Below are positions 1 through 9,780 of a stretch of 64,000 nt of DNA, one piece after another. The position numbers were made by a program, and so were the translations under genes. The stretch comes from an uncultured delta proteobacterium (GTDB lineage Bacteria > Desulfobacterota > Desulfomonilia > UBA1062): positions 32,001 through 96,000 of the forward strand of contig CAWCTR010000010.1 of NCBI GenBank assembly GCA_963798485.1, in the 5' to 3' direction. Position 1 is the first letter of the stretch. Each line of letters starts with the position of its first letter. The notes beneath the pieces were generated by a model. It worked only from the letters and a program-made list of their open reading frames with translations, was not told the origin of the DNA and made no database searches.

Positions 1-699
1 GAGCGTTTTCTTCCCGTGCTCCCGGGGCAGGGTCTTGGGATTACCTTCAAGCAGGATCTTTCCTTGAGAAAGAAAAAGCACACGGTCGCATACCTCTTCA
101 ACCTCGTACATATTGTGCGAGGTCCATAAAACACCCCCGGTTCCCTGTGCAGTGAACTCCTTTATTTTCACCCTGATTTCACGTGCCGTTGCAGGGTCGA
201 GCGAGGCCGTCGGTTCGTCGAGGAGAAGGAGGTGAGGACTGTTGAGCAAGGCCTTGGCGAGGCCTACCCGTGTCTGTTCTCCCGAAGAGAGCACCCCGCA
301 CTTCACCTCTCGAAATGCCCCAAGATCGAACTGCATGAGGAGTTCTTCAATGCGTACCCGAAGATCCCTTACTCCATAGATAAGACCGAAGATACGCAGA
401 TTCTGATACACGGACAAGTTACCGGGCAGGGGCGCGTACACGGCCGCGAAGTTCGTGCGTTCGAGCGCATGGGACCGCCTTGTCCCTATGTCCATTCCTT
501 CGATAAGGATAGTCCCGCAGCTCGGCTCCAAGACACCGAGGATCATGTTGATGGTCGTTGTCTTCCCGGCGCCGTTGGGGCCCAAGAGGCCTACGATCTC
601 ATTTGTGCCTACATCGAACGAGACGCCGTCTACGGCCGGCGTTTCACCGTAGAGCTTGCACAGTGACGTTACCGAGAGCACTTTCACTGCAGAAGACAT
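1..699 (-). CDS. ABC transporter ATP-binding protein (runs off the left edge)
   Basis: Manual translation from the ATG at 699 gives MSSAVKVLSVTSLCKLYGETPAVDGVSF...GPNGAGKTT (Walker A), an LSSGEQ signature and LLLDEPT (Walker B). It is absent from the ORF track because no stop lies in the window. Confidence 0.9.
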   Translation of the reverse strand, partial: MSSAVKVLSVTSLCKLYGETPAVDGVSFDVGTNEIVGLLGPNGAGKTTTINMILGVLEPSCGTILIEGMDIGTRRSHALERTNFAAVYAPLPGNLSVYQNLRIFGLIYGVRDLRVRIEELLMQFDLGAFREVKCGVLSSGEQTRVGLAKALLNSPHLLLLDEPTASLDPATAREIRVKIKEFTAQGTGGVLWTSHNMYEVEEVCDRVLFLSQGKILLEGNPKTLPREHGKKTL

Positions 700-754
700 T
701 TCTTAGAAGTTCCCCCCTTTCGCGTTGAAAAGCCCCCGGGCCTTAGATATTTCT

Positions 755-1328
755 TTATTCCTCAAAATACTCGTTCTTCATCTCCAAGGTCAGGCCGTCG
801 CTGTTCATGAGGCGTCTTACAAGCCCCTCGATCTTGGGAAGCTCATAGCCATAGAAATAACGGCACGCATAGATCTTGCCGGTGTAGAAATTCATGTCGC
901 CACCCAGGAGGCTCCCCTTTTCGAGGGCCTTGTTGGCAATCAAGGCCTGCAGGAGCCACTGCCAGGCGATGGCGATGATGCCGAACAGCTCCGAGTGCGT
1001 TCAGGCCTGCCCGGCCCTTCTTCATAGTCATTTTGCGGCCCGGAAGGTCCATACCCTGGATGCCGGTAGTCCCCTCGTGGATGGGATGGATCCTCACATC
1101 GCGGTAATACTGCTCCAGAGGAAACTCATCGTAATAGCCGTACCCGCCCAGGATCTGGAGCCCCTGGCTGCAGGAAAGGATACCCATCTTCATGGCTGTA
1201 TCTATGACCATGTCGAAGACCTCCCGGCTGTGGTCGGCATAACGGGGATAGCCAAGGAGCGACTCAACATCGAACATCTCGTACAGCAGGAATCTCAGAT
1301 TTCTCTCAGAGATGAATTTTTCAGCCAT
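755..1328 (-). pseudogene. Acyl-CoA dehydrogenase pseudogene with internal deletions and a frameshift
   Basis: The N-terminus MAEKFISERNLRFLLYE is fused directly to the C-terminal motifs GGYGY and IHEGTTGIQGMDL. The final segment (FYTGKIYACRYFYGYELP) is in another frame. The total is under 200 codons versus ~600 for the family. Confidence 0.85.
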
Positions 1329-1630
1329 GGTAGATCCCCTTTCATGAAGTGAATGTGCCCTGAATAGATACGGTGATGCAGCGTGTAGTATACATAATTT
1401 CAGGTCTCTCATCCATCCCTAGATGAATCATACCCTAAACAGAGTCAATGCCTTTGTTTCGCATTTGTCCGTAATCATGCTCTACTTGGTTACTAAGAAA
1501 ATTAAGGAATATATAATGGTCCAAAATCCGGATATCTTGAGAAGATTCGAAGATGATCTGGCCCGGAAAGAGGGAAGAATTCCCATCTATTCTTCTAAGA
1601 AGAACACAGGAGAAAACGCCATGTCGATAG

Positions 1631-2755
1631 CTAACCCACTATCTCCAGTTCATATTGAGAGCTCCCGAGGCCAAGCCTTTCAGCCTCGGCAATCTGGAGC
1701 CTGCCGTCTTTTTTATGAAGAAGGCTCAAGATATCCCACCCCTCTTTGAGGACAAGGCCTGAGGCCCTGGAATCGGGGAGAGGGCTTACCTTGCTCAAGA
1801 TGTCGAGCGTCGCCGTATCGATGGCAACAGGGTCATCGGAGATCAGAATCCCCTGATCCTGGGCTATGGGCGGGTCTGCAAGGGGCATGCAGTCACATTC
1901 AGGCTGCATCTCAAGGAGGAAATTTATGTAGAGCACCCTTGACGGTTCGAATGTCTTCAGAATCGCGTTCGCCCCTTCTGCAACGGCCTTCATGAAGATC
2001 TCATGCGATACAGGGACTTCGATGGCCTCCACCGGGCATACCCGTGCGCATCTCCCGCAGCGCCAGCACTTGCCTTTGTCAACGGTGTAGACACTGTCCG
2101 GGAAGGTGATGGCCCCGATTGGGCATACATTCATGCAATCGAGACATAAGGTGCATTTCGTCTCATCCCATTGCATGATCTCCCCCATGAGAAAGTGCAT
2201 CTTTCCCCTTCCCTGATGCCAGTCGCCACCCCGCGGGGCTGCAGATATACCGCCCATGGATATGTTCTTGATGGCCCCCCCCAGTACAGCCTGGATGTGT
2301 CCTTTTACATGGGTCAGCACAACCATTGTTTTGGCATCGTGAATGGCGGAAGCTATGGCCATCTCACCTAAAGTCTCGCCTGCATACACCTTGATGGAAT
2401 CGTTCCCGAAGATCCCATCTGCCATGATCACGGGCGCGCCGAGTGTCAGGTGCGTGTATCCGGCCTCTTTGGCAATCTCCAGATATTCATAGCCGGGCAC
2501 CCTTACCGAATCGGTGACAAAGGGTTTTGCAGGCACCTTTTTTACTGCATCGACCACCTTCTTGACAAACTGCGGGCGAATAGTTTTGAAGGCACCGTGA
2601 TTGCCGAGGTGCATTTTCAATGCAACGAGCTCATCTTCAGGTATGTATCTTTTCAGGTCGAAACGCTCCAAGAAATTTTCGAATTTACCCATCAGCCCTG
2701 AGTCATAGGTGAAAGACTTCGACTGTGCAGTTATCTGGTACACCTTCGATTTCAT
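1631..2755 (-). CDS. DUF362-type iron-sulfur protein with 2x[4Fe-4S] ferredoxin domain
   Basis: KMHLG and THVKGH...GGAIKNISMG motifs, two CxxCxxCxxxCP motifs, CDC and DPVAID. Confidence 0.85.
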   Translation of the reverse strand: MKSKVYQITAQSKSFTYDSGLMGKFENFLERFDLKRYIPEDELVALKMHLGNHGAFKTIRPQFVKKVVDAVKKVPAKPFVTDSVRVPGYEYLEIAKEAGYTHLTLGAPVIMADGIFGNDSIKVYAGETLGEMAIASAIHDAKTMVVLTHVKGHIQAVLGGAIKNISMGGISAAPRGGDWHQGRGKMHFLMGEIMQWDETKCTLCLDCMNVCPIGAITFPDSVYTVDKGKCWRCGRCARVCPVEAIEVPVSHEIFMKAVAEGANAILKTFEPSRVLYINFLLEMQPECDCMPLADPPIAQDQGILISDDPVAIDTATLDILSKVSPLPDSRASGLVLKEGWDILSLLHKKDGRLQIAEAERLGLGSSQYELEIVG

Positions 2756-2843
2756 AAATCCTCCTGTTGATCTACAAAGCCCTCTTGCAGCCGTTGTTAG
2801 TCCGCTGGTCTCGTGTCAATTGTCTGATGCCTTCATTATATCC

Positions 2844-3356
2844 TTATTCATACTTTTCATAACATACTATTTTATCCAGGTCCTTTCTCGATTTCATGGG
2901 AGGCGGCTGGTCAGGATAACCGAGAGGCAGCATAGTCACAACCCGGATCCGGCCGGGAATCTTGAGGATATCTTTGACCTCATGTTCATGAAAAGCCCCG
3001 AGCCAGCAGGTTCCAAGACCAAGTTCACAGGCCTGGAGAGTCATGTATGCACATGCAATCGATACATCCACCGTGTATGCACTCTGGCCGCAGGCCATTA
3101 CACGCTCTGTCTCCGTGGCGCATGCCACGATCACAACAGGTGCCTGGGCCACAAATGTCTGTCCTAGAGCCGCCCTGGACAGTTTTTCCCTGGTGTCTTT
3201 GTCCCGAACAACAACAAACTTCCATTCCTGGCGATTGCTGGCAGACGGGGCAAGCCTGGCGGCATCCAACACCTTTTTAAGCTTCCCGTCTTCCACTTCA
3301 GTATCTTTATAGGCCCTGACGCTTCCTCTGTTACTAATTGCGGTAAAAACATCCAT
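2844..3356 (-). CDS. Nitroreductase family protein
   Basis: [23 protein letters not shown] and LGYP motifs. Confidence 0.92.
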   Translation of the reverse strand: MDVFTAISNRGSVRAYKDTEVEDGKLKKVLDAARLAPSASNRQEWKFVVVRDKDTREKLSRAALGQTFVAQAPVVIVACATETERVMACGQSAYTVDVSIACAYMTLQACELGLGTCWLGAFHEHEVKDILKIPGRIRVVTMLPLGYPDQPPPMKSRKDLDKIVCYEKYE

Positions 3357-3601
3357 ACAATTGTTCTCCTTTTATACGGATCGGTTTGAAATAACTGATC
3401 GGCCTTTAACTTATTATAAGGCCGGCTTTCATGTTTTCAATTACTTCCCTTTGTATATCTGATGATAAACCTAATAAATAAAGTATAGAATATTACAGGG
3501 ATAAAGTGAATCCAGTATTCTGGTCACTTGTCTCCCTGAAAATTACGGGGCCAAGGCCAAGCCCTCTGACACAAGACCCCGTATCATATCAAATAATCAG
3601 A

Positions 3602-4459
3602 CTATACGGAGTAATTGATCGATGTATAGTCGTCTGTACTTCCGGTGATGGTCTGGAAGAGATTCTGCAGGCTGGATGCCTGGCTCGATGCATAGGCAGA
3701 CAAGGCCTTTGCAACGAGACTGTTTAAGGATGACGAGTTTGTCGAGTCTGTCGAGCTTGTCGAACTCGTAGAGCCGATGTCATCCAGATAGGCCTGTAGT
3801 TCCGATGCACTCAATACCCCGTCACCATTGGTATCATACTTGGAAAGGATACTATTCGCGCTGGTTGTGGAGCTGCCCGCCTCGGATGATCCCGAGGGAG
3901 GAGGCGGTGGTGGAGGTGCCATCCCCGCGTTTTGCGGGGCCGATATGCCGTTGGCATCAAGGAACGAACTGAACTCCGTGGCGCTCAGTGTTCCATCGCC
4001 ATTGGTGTCGTAGGTGGAGATGGCATTGGTGGTGTCAATGGTGTTGCCGGTTGCCTTAGACATGTTCGCCGCCCAGGTGTCCAGCTGTGCCTGTGTCATC
4101 TGGCTGCTGCCGCCGGTGATGGCATTAAAGAGATCCGTGGATGCAGAACTGTCCGATGAATCCTGAGAGGTAGGCGGCGTTATGCCATTGGCATCAAGGA
4201 ACGACTTAAACTCCGCAGTACTCAGTCCGCCGTCGCTGTCGGTGTCATAGGTGGAGATGGCATTGGTGGTGTCAAGGGTTGTACCGGTGACCTGTGAGAT
4301 CTTCTTCCCAAAGGCGTCCAGCTCCGACTGGGAGATCTTGCCGTCGCCATTGGTGTCAACCTTGCTGAACAAATCTGCAAGATCCGGCTTATGTTTTGCC
4401 TGTTGGGTCTGCAGATAGTTCAAGTAACTGGTGCTTGAACTACTTATTCCGCTAACCAT
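3602..4459 (-). CDS. EF-hand calcium-binding protein, Ser/Thr/Pro-rich, with internal duplication
   Basis: EF-hand loops DTNGDGKISQSE, DTDSDGGLSTAE, DTNGDGTLSATE and DTNGDGVLSASE; an ~80-aa internal repeat; AGGAGG RBS. Confidence 0.85.
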   Translation of the reverse strand: MVSGISSSSTSYLNYLQTQQAKHKPDLADLFSKVDTNGDGKISQSELDAFGKKISQVTGTTLDTTNAISTYDTDSDGGLSTAEFKSFLDANGITPPTSQDSSDSSASTDLFNAITGGSSQMTQAQLDTWAANMSKATGNTIDTTNAISTYDTNGDGTLSATEFSSFLDANGISAPQNAGMAPPPPPPPSGSSEAGSSTTSANSILSKYDTNGDGVLSASELQAYLDDIGSTSSTSSTDSTNSSSLNSLVAKALSAYASSQASSLQNLFQTITGSTDDYTSINYSV

Positions 4460-4518
4460 ACTAGTCCTCCTTGTTTTAAGTTTGTACAGATTCGCGAAGT
4501 CTGTCCTTGACTAGATAG

Positions 4519-4533
4519 GCCAGATCCATGCCA
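4519..4533 (-). promoter_or_regulatory. Putative sigma54 (-24/-12) promoter of the EF-hand gene
   Basis: TGGCATGGATCTGGC on the minus strand with GG-N10-GC spacing, ~60 bp upstream of the start. Confidence 0.55.
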
Positions 4534-4589
4534 GAAAAGGGAAGAAAGCAGTCTGCTGCTGGTTTTGTCGGATTATTTAAGTTACGGAC

Positions 4590-4790
4590 CTATAGCCCCT
4601 GGTCTGTATGAGATCTCCGGTCATCAAGCACCTCATGGGCGCGCTTGAGCAGGATGGATTTCCAGTTCTTGATCTGGTTGGGGTGGACATGGTGCTCATC
4701 GGCAATTTCATCCAATGTCTTTTCACCCCTGATATAATCAGCCACCACCCGGGCCTTGAAGTCTCCTGAATATCGTTTGCGATTCTTCAT
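4590..4790 (-). CDS. Stand-alone IS3-OrfA-like helix-turn-helix protein (66 aa)
   Basis: RKRYSGDFKARVV...LDEIADEHHVHPNQIKNWK resembles HTH_Tnp_1. No integrase OrfB follows. Confidence 0.7.
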   Translation of the reverse strand: MKNRKRYSGDFKARVVADYIRGEKTLDEIADEHHVHPNQIKNWKSILLKRAHEVLDDRRSHTDQGL

Positions 4791-4930
4791 CGATCCTCTT
4801 TCCTTTTCAAGCAGTAACTTATTATCTACGAATAATATTTATTGTGCCTACCTATGCCGCGACTTGTTCTTAAAGACATTCGGGAAACTTTTTGCCTGTT
4901 TCAGGGGAAATAATTACCTCATTCAATGTA

Positions 4931-5368
4931 TCATGCATCGTCATTCACATAGAAGTAATCGCAATCTTCGAGGTATGGATAACTGCTGGTATCGGTATAG
5001 TAATAACTGACCCCGCCAATTGTCACGATGTCCTCATCACTGCCGGAGTCATTAGCGAGTGCATCTGAGAGATCGGTAAGATCAATGCTGGTATCAAAAG
5101 AGCATTTCACGGACTTCTTTGTATCAGAGTCCATCACAGTGACCGAATTGGTCCCTACACTGAGAAGTACGCCTTTCAGGAGGATATATGTTCCATTATA
5201 ATCCTCGTTGCTGTTTCCCAATGCCGTCCACAGTTCGGGCACCGTCAATAATGTGTATTTTGAGGTCATGTCTTTATAAGTATCATCCGTGCTTGTAGTC
5301 TCATCAGTGTTGCATCCTGACATGCATAGGGCAGCAATAAACACATACGGCCATATTTTTCTTTTCAT
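4931..5368 (-). CDS. Hypothetical lipoprotein, possibly OB-fold-like
   Basis: MKRKIWPYVFIAALCMSGC signal peptide/lipobox; GAGGGG RBS. Confidence 0.65.
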   Translation of the reverse strand: MKRKIWPYVFIAALCMSGCNTDETTSTDDTYKDMTSKYTLLTVPELWTALGNSNEDYNGTYILLKGVLLSVGTNSVTVMDSDTKKSVKCSFDTSIDLTDLSDALANDSGSDEDIVTIGGVSYYYTDTSSYPYLEDCDYFYVNDDA

Positions 5369-5558
5369 AGAAAGCCCCTCTTTTTGACGGATGATCATGC
5401 TGGAAAGAAATATAGCAGGCATTTGTGGAGAAAATGTGGATAAAGGATGTGAAGACTGTGTGGATTATCAAAATCGTTTGAAATGCTGCCAAGGGTGTAT
5501 TACTGGTATGCTTGATGATGATAATACTCCCGGAGAAAAACCGTTCAAGAGTTCAGGC

Positions 5559-7016
5559 ATGAAGGTGAAACTTGCCTATAAGCTCTTTTTTGCATTTTTG
5601 ATCACCAGCCTGATGAGCATCGTCATGATGGTGGGTATCATGCAGTACTTTGTTGTACGGAACTTTGAGGATTTCATCAATAAGATGGAAATGCAAAGGC
5701 TTGGTGAGATAGCCCAAAGGCTTGGTGCGGCTTACCATGAAAATAAAGGATGGGGGTTTATAATAAGGGACCCGGGGGCTTTTAATAATATTCTGCAACA
5801 GGATTTTCCGGGAGAAGGCCATGAGCGAATGCCTCCTGCCCCGATCCGGCCGGACATCGGCCCGGGACCACGGATGCCCGGGAATGATTTCGATCGGGAA
5901 TTACCCCCTCCGGAACCTCATCCCTTCATGGAGCAGAGGATATCTCTCTATGATGCACAAAAGCGGCTCGTGGCAGGTGGCGCCTTTCTCACCAAAGACC
6001 ATATCTTCAAAGAAATTATTGTTGACGGGAAAATTGTAGGCCGGCTCGGACTGGACAGGGGAAGACGGCCGCCGGACCCCCTTCAAGAAAGGTTTCTCTC
6101 CAGGCAGTTAGAGGCCTTTTTTATCACCGGGTGCGCTGTGCTTGTCCTTGTTGCATTGGTCTCGTTGCTGTTCTCACGGCACCTGCTGCTGCCGGTGAGG
6201 CGGCTGAACGAGGGTGCGAATGCCCTGGCTTCCCGGAAGTTCAATACGCGCATCAAGGTGAGCTCCGGAGATGAGTTGGGCCAGTTGGCCGATGCCTTCA
6301 ACCGTATGGCCCAGACCCTAGAACGGTACGAAGAACTGCGCAAACAATGGATCTCCGATATCTCCCATGAACTGAGAACACCCATTGCCATACTACGGGG
6401 CGAGATAGAGGCCATACAGGACGGCGTACATGAAATGACCCGGGAGAATATGGAATCACTGCATTCGGAGATCATGCTTTTAGGCAAGCTTGTGGGCGAC
6501 CTTCATGAGTTGTCCATGGCGGACACGGGTGCATTATCGGCCAAACAGGAACCTGTCGATGTCATCAAGGTACTTCAGGATACTGTAGGCATGTTCTCCT
6601 CAAGATTTACCAAGGAATCACTTATAGTTCATTATGATCGAAAGCCGGGAGAACCTACAATCGTTCTGGGTGACAAAGACCGGTTGGCCCAGGTGTTCTC
6701 CAATATACTCGAGAATACCCTGCGTTATACCGAAAGCCCCGGGGAGCTCAGGATTCACTGGGTCAAGACGGACAACGATGTGTGCATTGTATTTAAGGAT
6801 ACACAACCCGGTGTGCCCCACAGCGCCCTTGAGAGGCTGTTCGACAGGCTCTACCGCATAGATCCGGCAAGGTCCCGTAAGAATGGGGGAAGCGGTCTGG
6901 GCCTTGCTATCTGCAAGAACATCGTGGAGGCGTTCGGAGGAGAGATAAGGGCCGATCATTCCGACATCGGAGGACTTCGTCTGGAAATACTCCTGCCGCT
7001 GGTGCGGAACACATAA
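5559..7016 (+). CDS. Two-component sensor histidine kinase, BaeS-like
   Basis: Two TM segments, HAMP (DELGQLADAFNRMA), HisKA (ISHELRTP), HATPase (NILENTLRY, GGSGLGLAI). Confidence 0.92.
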   Translation: MKVKLAYKLFFAFLITSLMSIVMMVGIMQYFVVRNFEDFINKMEMQRLGEIAQRLGAAYHENKGWGFIIRDPGAFNNILQQDFPGEGHERMPPAPIRPDIGPGPRMPGNDFDRELPPPEPHPFMEQRISLYDAQKRLVAGGAFLTKDHIFKEIIVDGKIVGRLGLDRGRRPPDPLQERFLSRQLEAFFITGCAVLVLVALVSLLFSRHLLLPVRRLNEGANALASRKFNTRIKVSSGDELGQLADAFNRMAQTLERYEELRKQWISDISHELRTPIAILRGEIEAIQDGVHEMTRENMESLHSEIMLLGKLVGDLHELSMADTGALSAKQEPVDVIKVLQDTVGMFSSRFTKESLIVHYDRKPGEPTIVLGDKDRLAQVFSNILENTLRYTESPGELRIHWVKTDNDVCIVFKDTQPGVPHSALERLFDRLYRIDPARSRKNGGSGLGLAICKNIVEAFGGEIRADHSDIGGLRLEILLPLVRNT

Positions 7017-7033
7017 ACCGCGAGGATACTATC

Positions 7034-7714
7034 ATGATTGAACAGCATGTCCTTATTATCGAGGATGAAGATAAGATAGCATCTCTCCTTCGGGATTACC
7101 TGGAGAGGGCGGGATACAAGACGTCCCGGCTCGATCGAGGTGATGGTGCGATCCTTTTCATGAAGAACAACCCGGTCGATCTTATCCTTTTAGACATCAT
7201 GCTGCCCGGTACGGACGGTATGGAGGTATGTAAGGGAATCAGGAGGTTCTCCTTTGTCCCCATTCTCATGATAACCGCCCGCGTCGAAGAGATTGACAGG
7301 CTCCTCGGGCTTGAGCTTGGCGCGGATGACTACATCTGCAAGCCCTTCAGCCCTCGGGAGGTAGTGGCCAGGGTAAGGGCGGTTCTTAGGCGTGTTCATC
7401 CGGCAATGGAAGATCAGGCAATTAAGGCCGGCAATATCGTGCTCCATGAAGAGACGCGTGATGTCTCAATAAATGGGCATGATCTCAGGCTGACGCCCAT
7501 CGAGTTCGGCTTGCTCAAGATCCTCCTGACTCACCCGGGGCGTGTCTTTTCACGTAGTGAACTGGTAAGCCACGTGCAGGGTTATGACTATGAAGGCTAT
7601 GACCGAACCGTGGACACCCACATCAAGAATCTGCGCAGGAAGATGGCTGCCTTCATGCCGGAACAAGAGGTCATCTGTTCCATCTATGGGGTAGGATACA
7701 AGCTTCTCGTGTGA
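7034..7714 (+). CDS. OmpR-family response regulator, BaeR-like
   Basis: Receiver domain (IEDE, LLDIMLP, GADDYICKPF) and winged helix (RTVDTHIKNLRRK, YGVGYK). Confidence 0.93.
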   Translation: MIEQHVLIIEDEDKIASLLRDYLERAGYKTSRLDRGDGAILFMKNNPVDLILLDIMLPGTDGMEVCKGIRRFSFVPILMITARVEEIDRLLGLELGADDYICKPFSPREVVARVRAVLRRVHPAMEDQAIKAGNIVLHEETRDVSINGHDLRLTPIEFGLLKILLTHPGRVFSRSELVSHVQGYDYEGYDRTVDTHIKNLRRKMAAFMPEQEVICSIYGVGYKLLV

Positions 7715-8127
7715 TGAACCCGTAAAAGGATATCCTCTTCCTGCTTCTTTGTGATTATGCCCGCAACAGCGGCCTGTTTGACAAGCTTTTCGGACTGCTT
7801 GTCCATTGCCGTAATAAGGGCATCAAGCGGGACCCCGTACGCCTCAAGAATCGCAGGGGGCCCACTGCTGATGAGCAGTTGCCTGACGTTCTCCTGGGTC
7901 AGGCCCGTGAGCTCGGAGAGGACATCAATCTGCTGGTACATGAGCAGAAGTCTCATGCCGGGGGGCATAGGAGGTTCATGCGGTCCGCAGTGCGGGGGCG
8001 GCAGCGCTATGGAAGGTCCTGGTTCCTGTGAAGGGCCGCCCGGTAATTCAGCCCCGAAGGCGAGACTTAAGAATAAGACACTTACTGTCAGAATGGTTGC
8101 CATGATCACGGATGTCCTTTTCATCAT
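7684..8127 (-). CDS. Hypothetical secreted Pro-rich protein
   Basis: N-terminal signal peptide, Pro-rich segment and helical C-terminus; AGGAGA RBS; convergent with the response regulator. Confidence 0.6.
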   Translation of the reverse strand: MMKRTSVIMATILTVSVLFLSLAFGAELPGGPSQEPGPSIALPPPHCGPHEPPMPPGMRLLLMYQQIDVLSELTGLTQENVRQLLISSGPPAILEAYGVPLDALITAMDKQSEKLVKQAAVAGIITKKQEEDILLRVHHTRSLYPTP

Positions 8128-8223
8128 GATTCTCCTTCATGAATATTGATTCTTCCTCATATGTGTCATACAAATGTGAAGATCTTGAGGAGAAACCATG
8201 TGATTATTGTGGCAAAAACTATT

Positions 8224-9639
8224 ATGAGGAAGGGTTTATTGCCTGCTACCCTTCTTTCGGGTTTCCTCATTTTCTTCCCGGCGCTTTCTGCACATGCCCT
8301 TGAATACGCCATTGTCCCTGTTCACCCGGCCATGATTGCCCCGTTTGTCCTGCTGCTCCTGGCGATTGCGGTCATGCCCTTTATCAGTGCCGGCTGGTGG
8401 GAAAAGAGGTACGCTTATGTCTGCCTGATTCTCAGTTCAATCCCTCTGATTTACTATTTCATTATTCTGAGGAACGCCCCGAGGATGATAAGTACGGCCT
8501 TCGAATACTTCAGTTTTATCGCCCTGATCGGTTCGCTCTACGTCGTATCCGGAGGAATCCATATCAGGATAAAAGGGAGGTCGACGCCCCATGCAAATGT
8601 CATCCTCCTTGCCATAGGGGCCCTCATCTCGAATCTCCTGGGCACTACCGGCGCCTCCATGGTGCTCATCAGGCCCTATATCCGGGTGAACCGGTATCGT
8701 ATCTCGGGCTACCACATCGTCTTCTTCATATTTATTGTATCGAACATTGGCGGATTGCTTACCCCTATCGGCGATCCGCCGCTCTTTCTCGGCTATCTGA
8801 AGGGTGTCCCGTTCTTCTGGGTGATCTCCCGTGTCTGGCTGATCTGGATTATTGCCGTCTCATTCGTGCTGATTGTTTTTTACCTCATAGACTACTACAA
8901 CTTTAAGAAGCTCCCGGATGACATGGAACACGAGGTTGAAGAAGAGGGCGAACACGCCTATGTCGAAGGCCTGCATAACAGCATTTTCCTCATAATGATT
9001 ATCGGTGCCGTGTTCCTGAAGGAGCCTGTGCGCGAGATGGTCATGATCTTTGCTGCCGCCATGAGCTATTTCGCGACAAAAAAACAGATCCACGAGAAGA
9101 ACCGGTTCACCTTCATACCCATTCAGGAGGTTGCCATCCTCTTTGCCGCCATCTTTGCCACCATGGTACCGGCCCTGGACTGGCTCGAGCTGAATGCGCT
9201 CAGCCTCGGAATCTCAGAGCCGGGCCATTATTACTGGTGCTCGGGAATCCTCTCTTCCATCCTTGACAACGCCCCGACCTACCTCAATTTTTTAAGTGCC
9301 TCCTTTGGCCTGCACGGCCTCAGTGTTGATAACCCCTTCCATATGCAGGCCATGCTCGGTATGCTTTCCGCTCCTCAAATCCACCACCTGCGGTTTTTGC
9401 AGGCAGCCCACCTTAAGCCCCTGACCATGCAATCATGGAAATATATCCAGGCCATATCGGCCGGGGCAGTGTTGTTCGGGGCAATGACCTACATCGGAAA
9501 CGGCCCGAACTTCATGGTCAAATCCATTGCAGAGCATCAGAATGTGAAGATGCCGCACTTTATGGAGTATATCATTTTCTTTTCAATCCCCGTGCTCGTC
9601 CCGCTTTTTGTGGTTATCTGGTTTATTTTTTTCAGATAA
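8224..9639 (+). CDS. Putative cation/proton antiporter (ion transporter superfamily)
   Basis: Many TM helices; GTTGASM, SNIGGLLTPIGDPPL, LDNAPTY and TYIGNGPNFMVK motifs. Confidence 0.8.
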   Translation: MRKGLLPATLLSGFLIFFPALSAHALEYAIVPVHPAMIAPFVLLLLAIAVMPFISAGWWEKRYAYVCLILSSIPLIYYFIILRNAPRMISTAFEYFSFIALIGSLYVVSGGIHIRIKGRSTPHANVILLAIGALISNLLGTTGASMVLIRPYIRVNRYRISGYHIVFFIFIVSNIGGLLTPIGDPPLFLGYLKGVPFFWVISRVWLIWIIAVSFVLIVFYLIDYYNFKKLPDDMEHEVEEEGEHAYVEGLHNSIFLIMIIGAVFLKEPVREMVMIFAAAMSYFATKKQIHEKNRFTFIPIQEVAILFAAIFATMVPALDWLELNALSLGISEPGHYYWCSGILSSILDNAPTYLNFLSASFGLHGLSVDNPFHMQAMLGMLSAPQIHHLRFLQAAHLKPLTMQSWKYIQAISAGAVLFGAMTYIGNGPNFMVKSIAEHQNVKMPHFMEYIIFFSIPVLVPLFVVIWFIFFR

Positions 9640-9661
9640 GTCTTGTCGTAACTGTGTTAGG

Positions 9662-9718
9662 AGCCAGAAGTCAGAATTCAGAAGTCAGGAATATTCTGAA
9701 TTCTGACTTCTGAATTCT
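9662..9718. repeat. Palindromic heptamer tandem repeat (hairpin)
   Basis: AGCCAGA AGTCAGA ATTCAGA AGTCAGG followed by the inverted units TTCTGAA TTCTGAC TTCTGAA TTCT. Confidence 0.8.
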
Positions 9719-9780
9719 CAACTCTGTCTCCCTGGCATGGACTTTGTATGTTATTGCTGAGATATCAGGGGAGGGACAGG

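Noticed and set aside
232-666. Plus-strand 144-aa ORF
   Set aside because: Antisense shadow of the ABC ATPase on the minus strand.
1516-1749. Short ORF MVQNPDILRRFEDDLARKEGRIP... with an AAGGA RBS
   Set aside because: Only the first ~23 codons look protein-like before it runs antisense into the DUF362 gene. It is possibly a remnant, but cannot be supported as a gene.
5391-5558. N-terminal extension of the histidine kinase in the ORF track
   Set aside because: It covers the divergent promoter region; MKVKLAYKLF at 5559 is the typical start.
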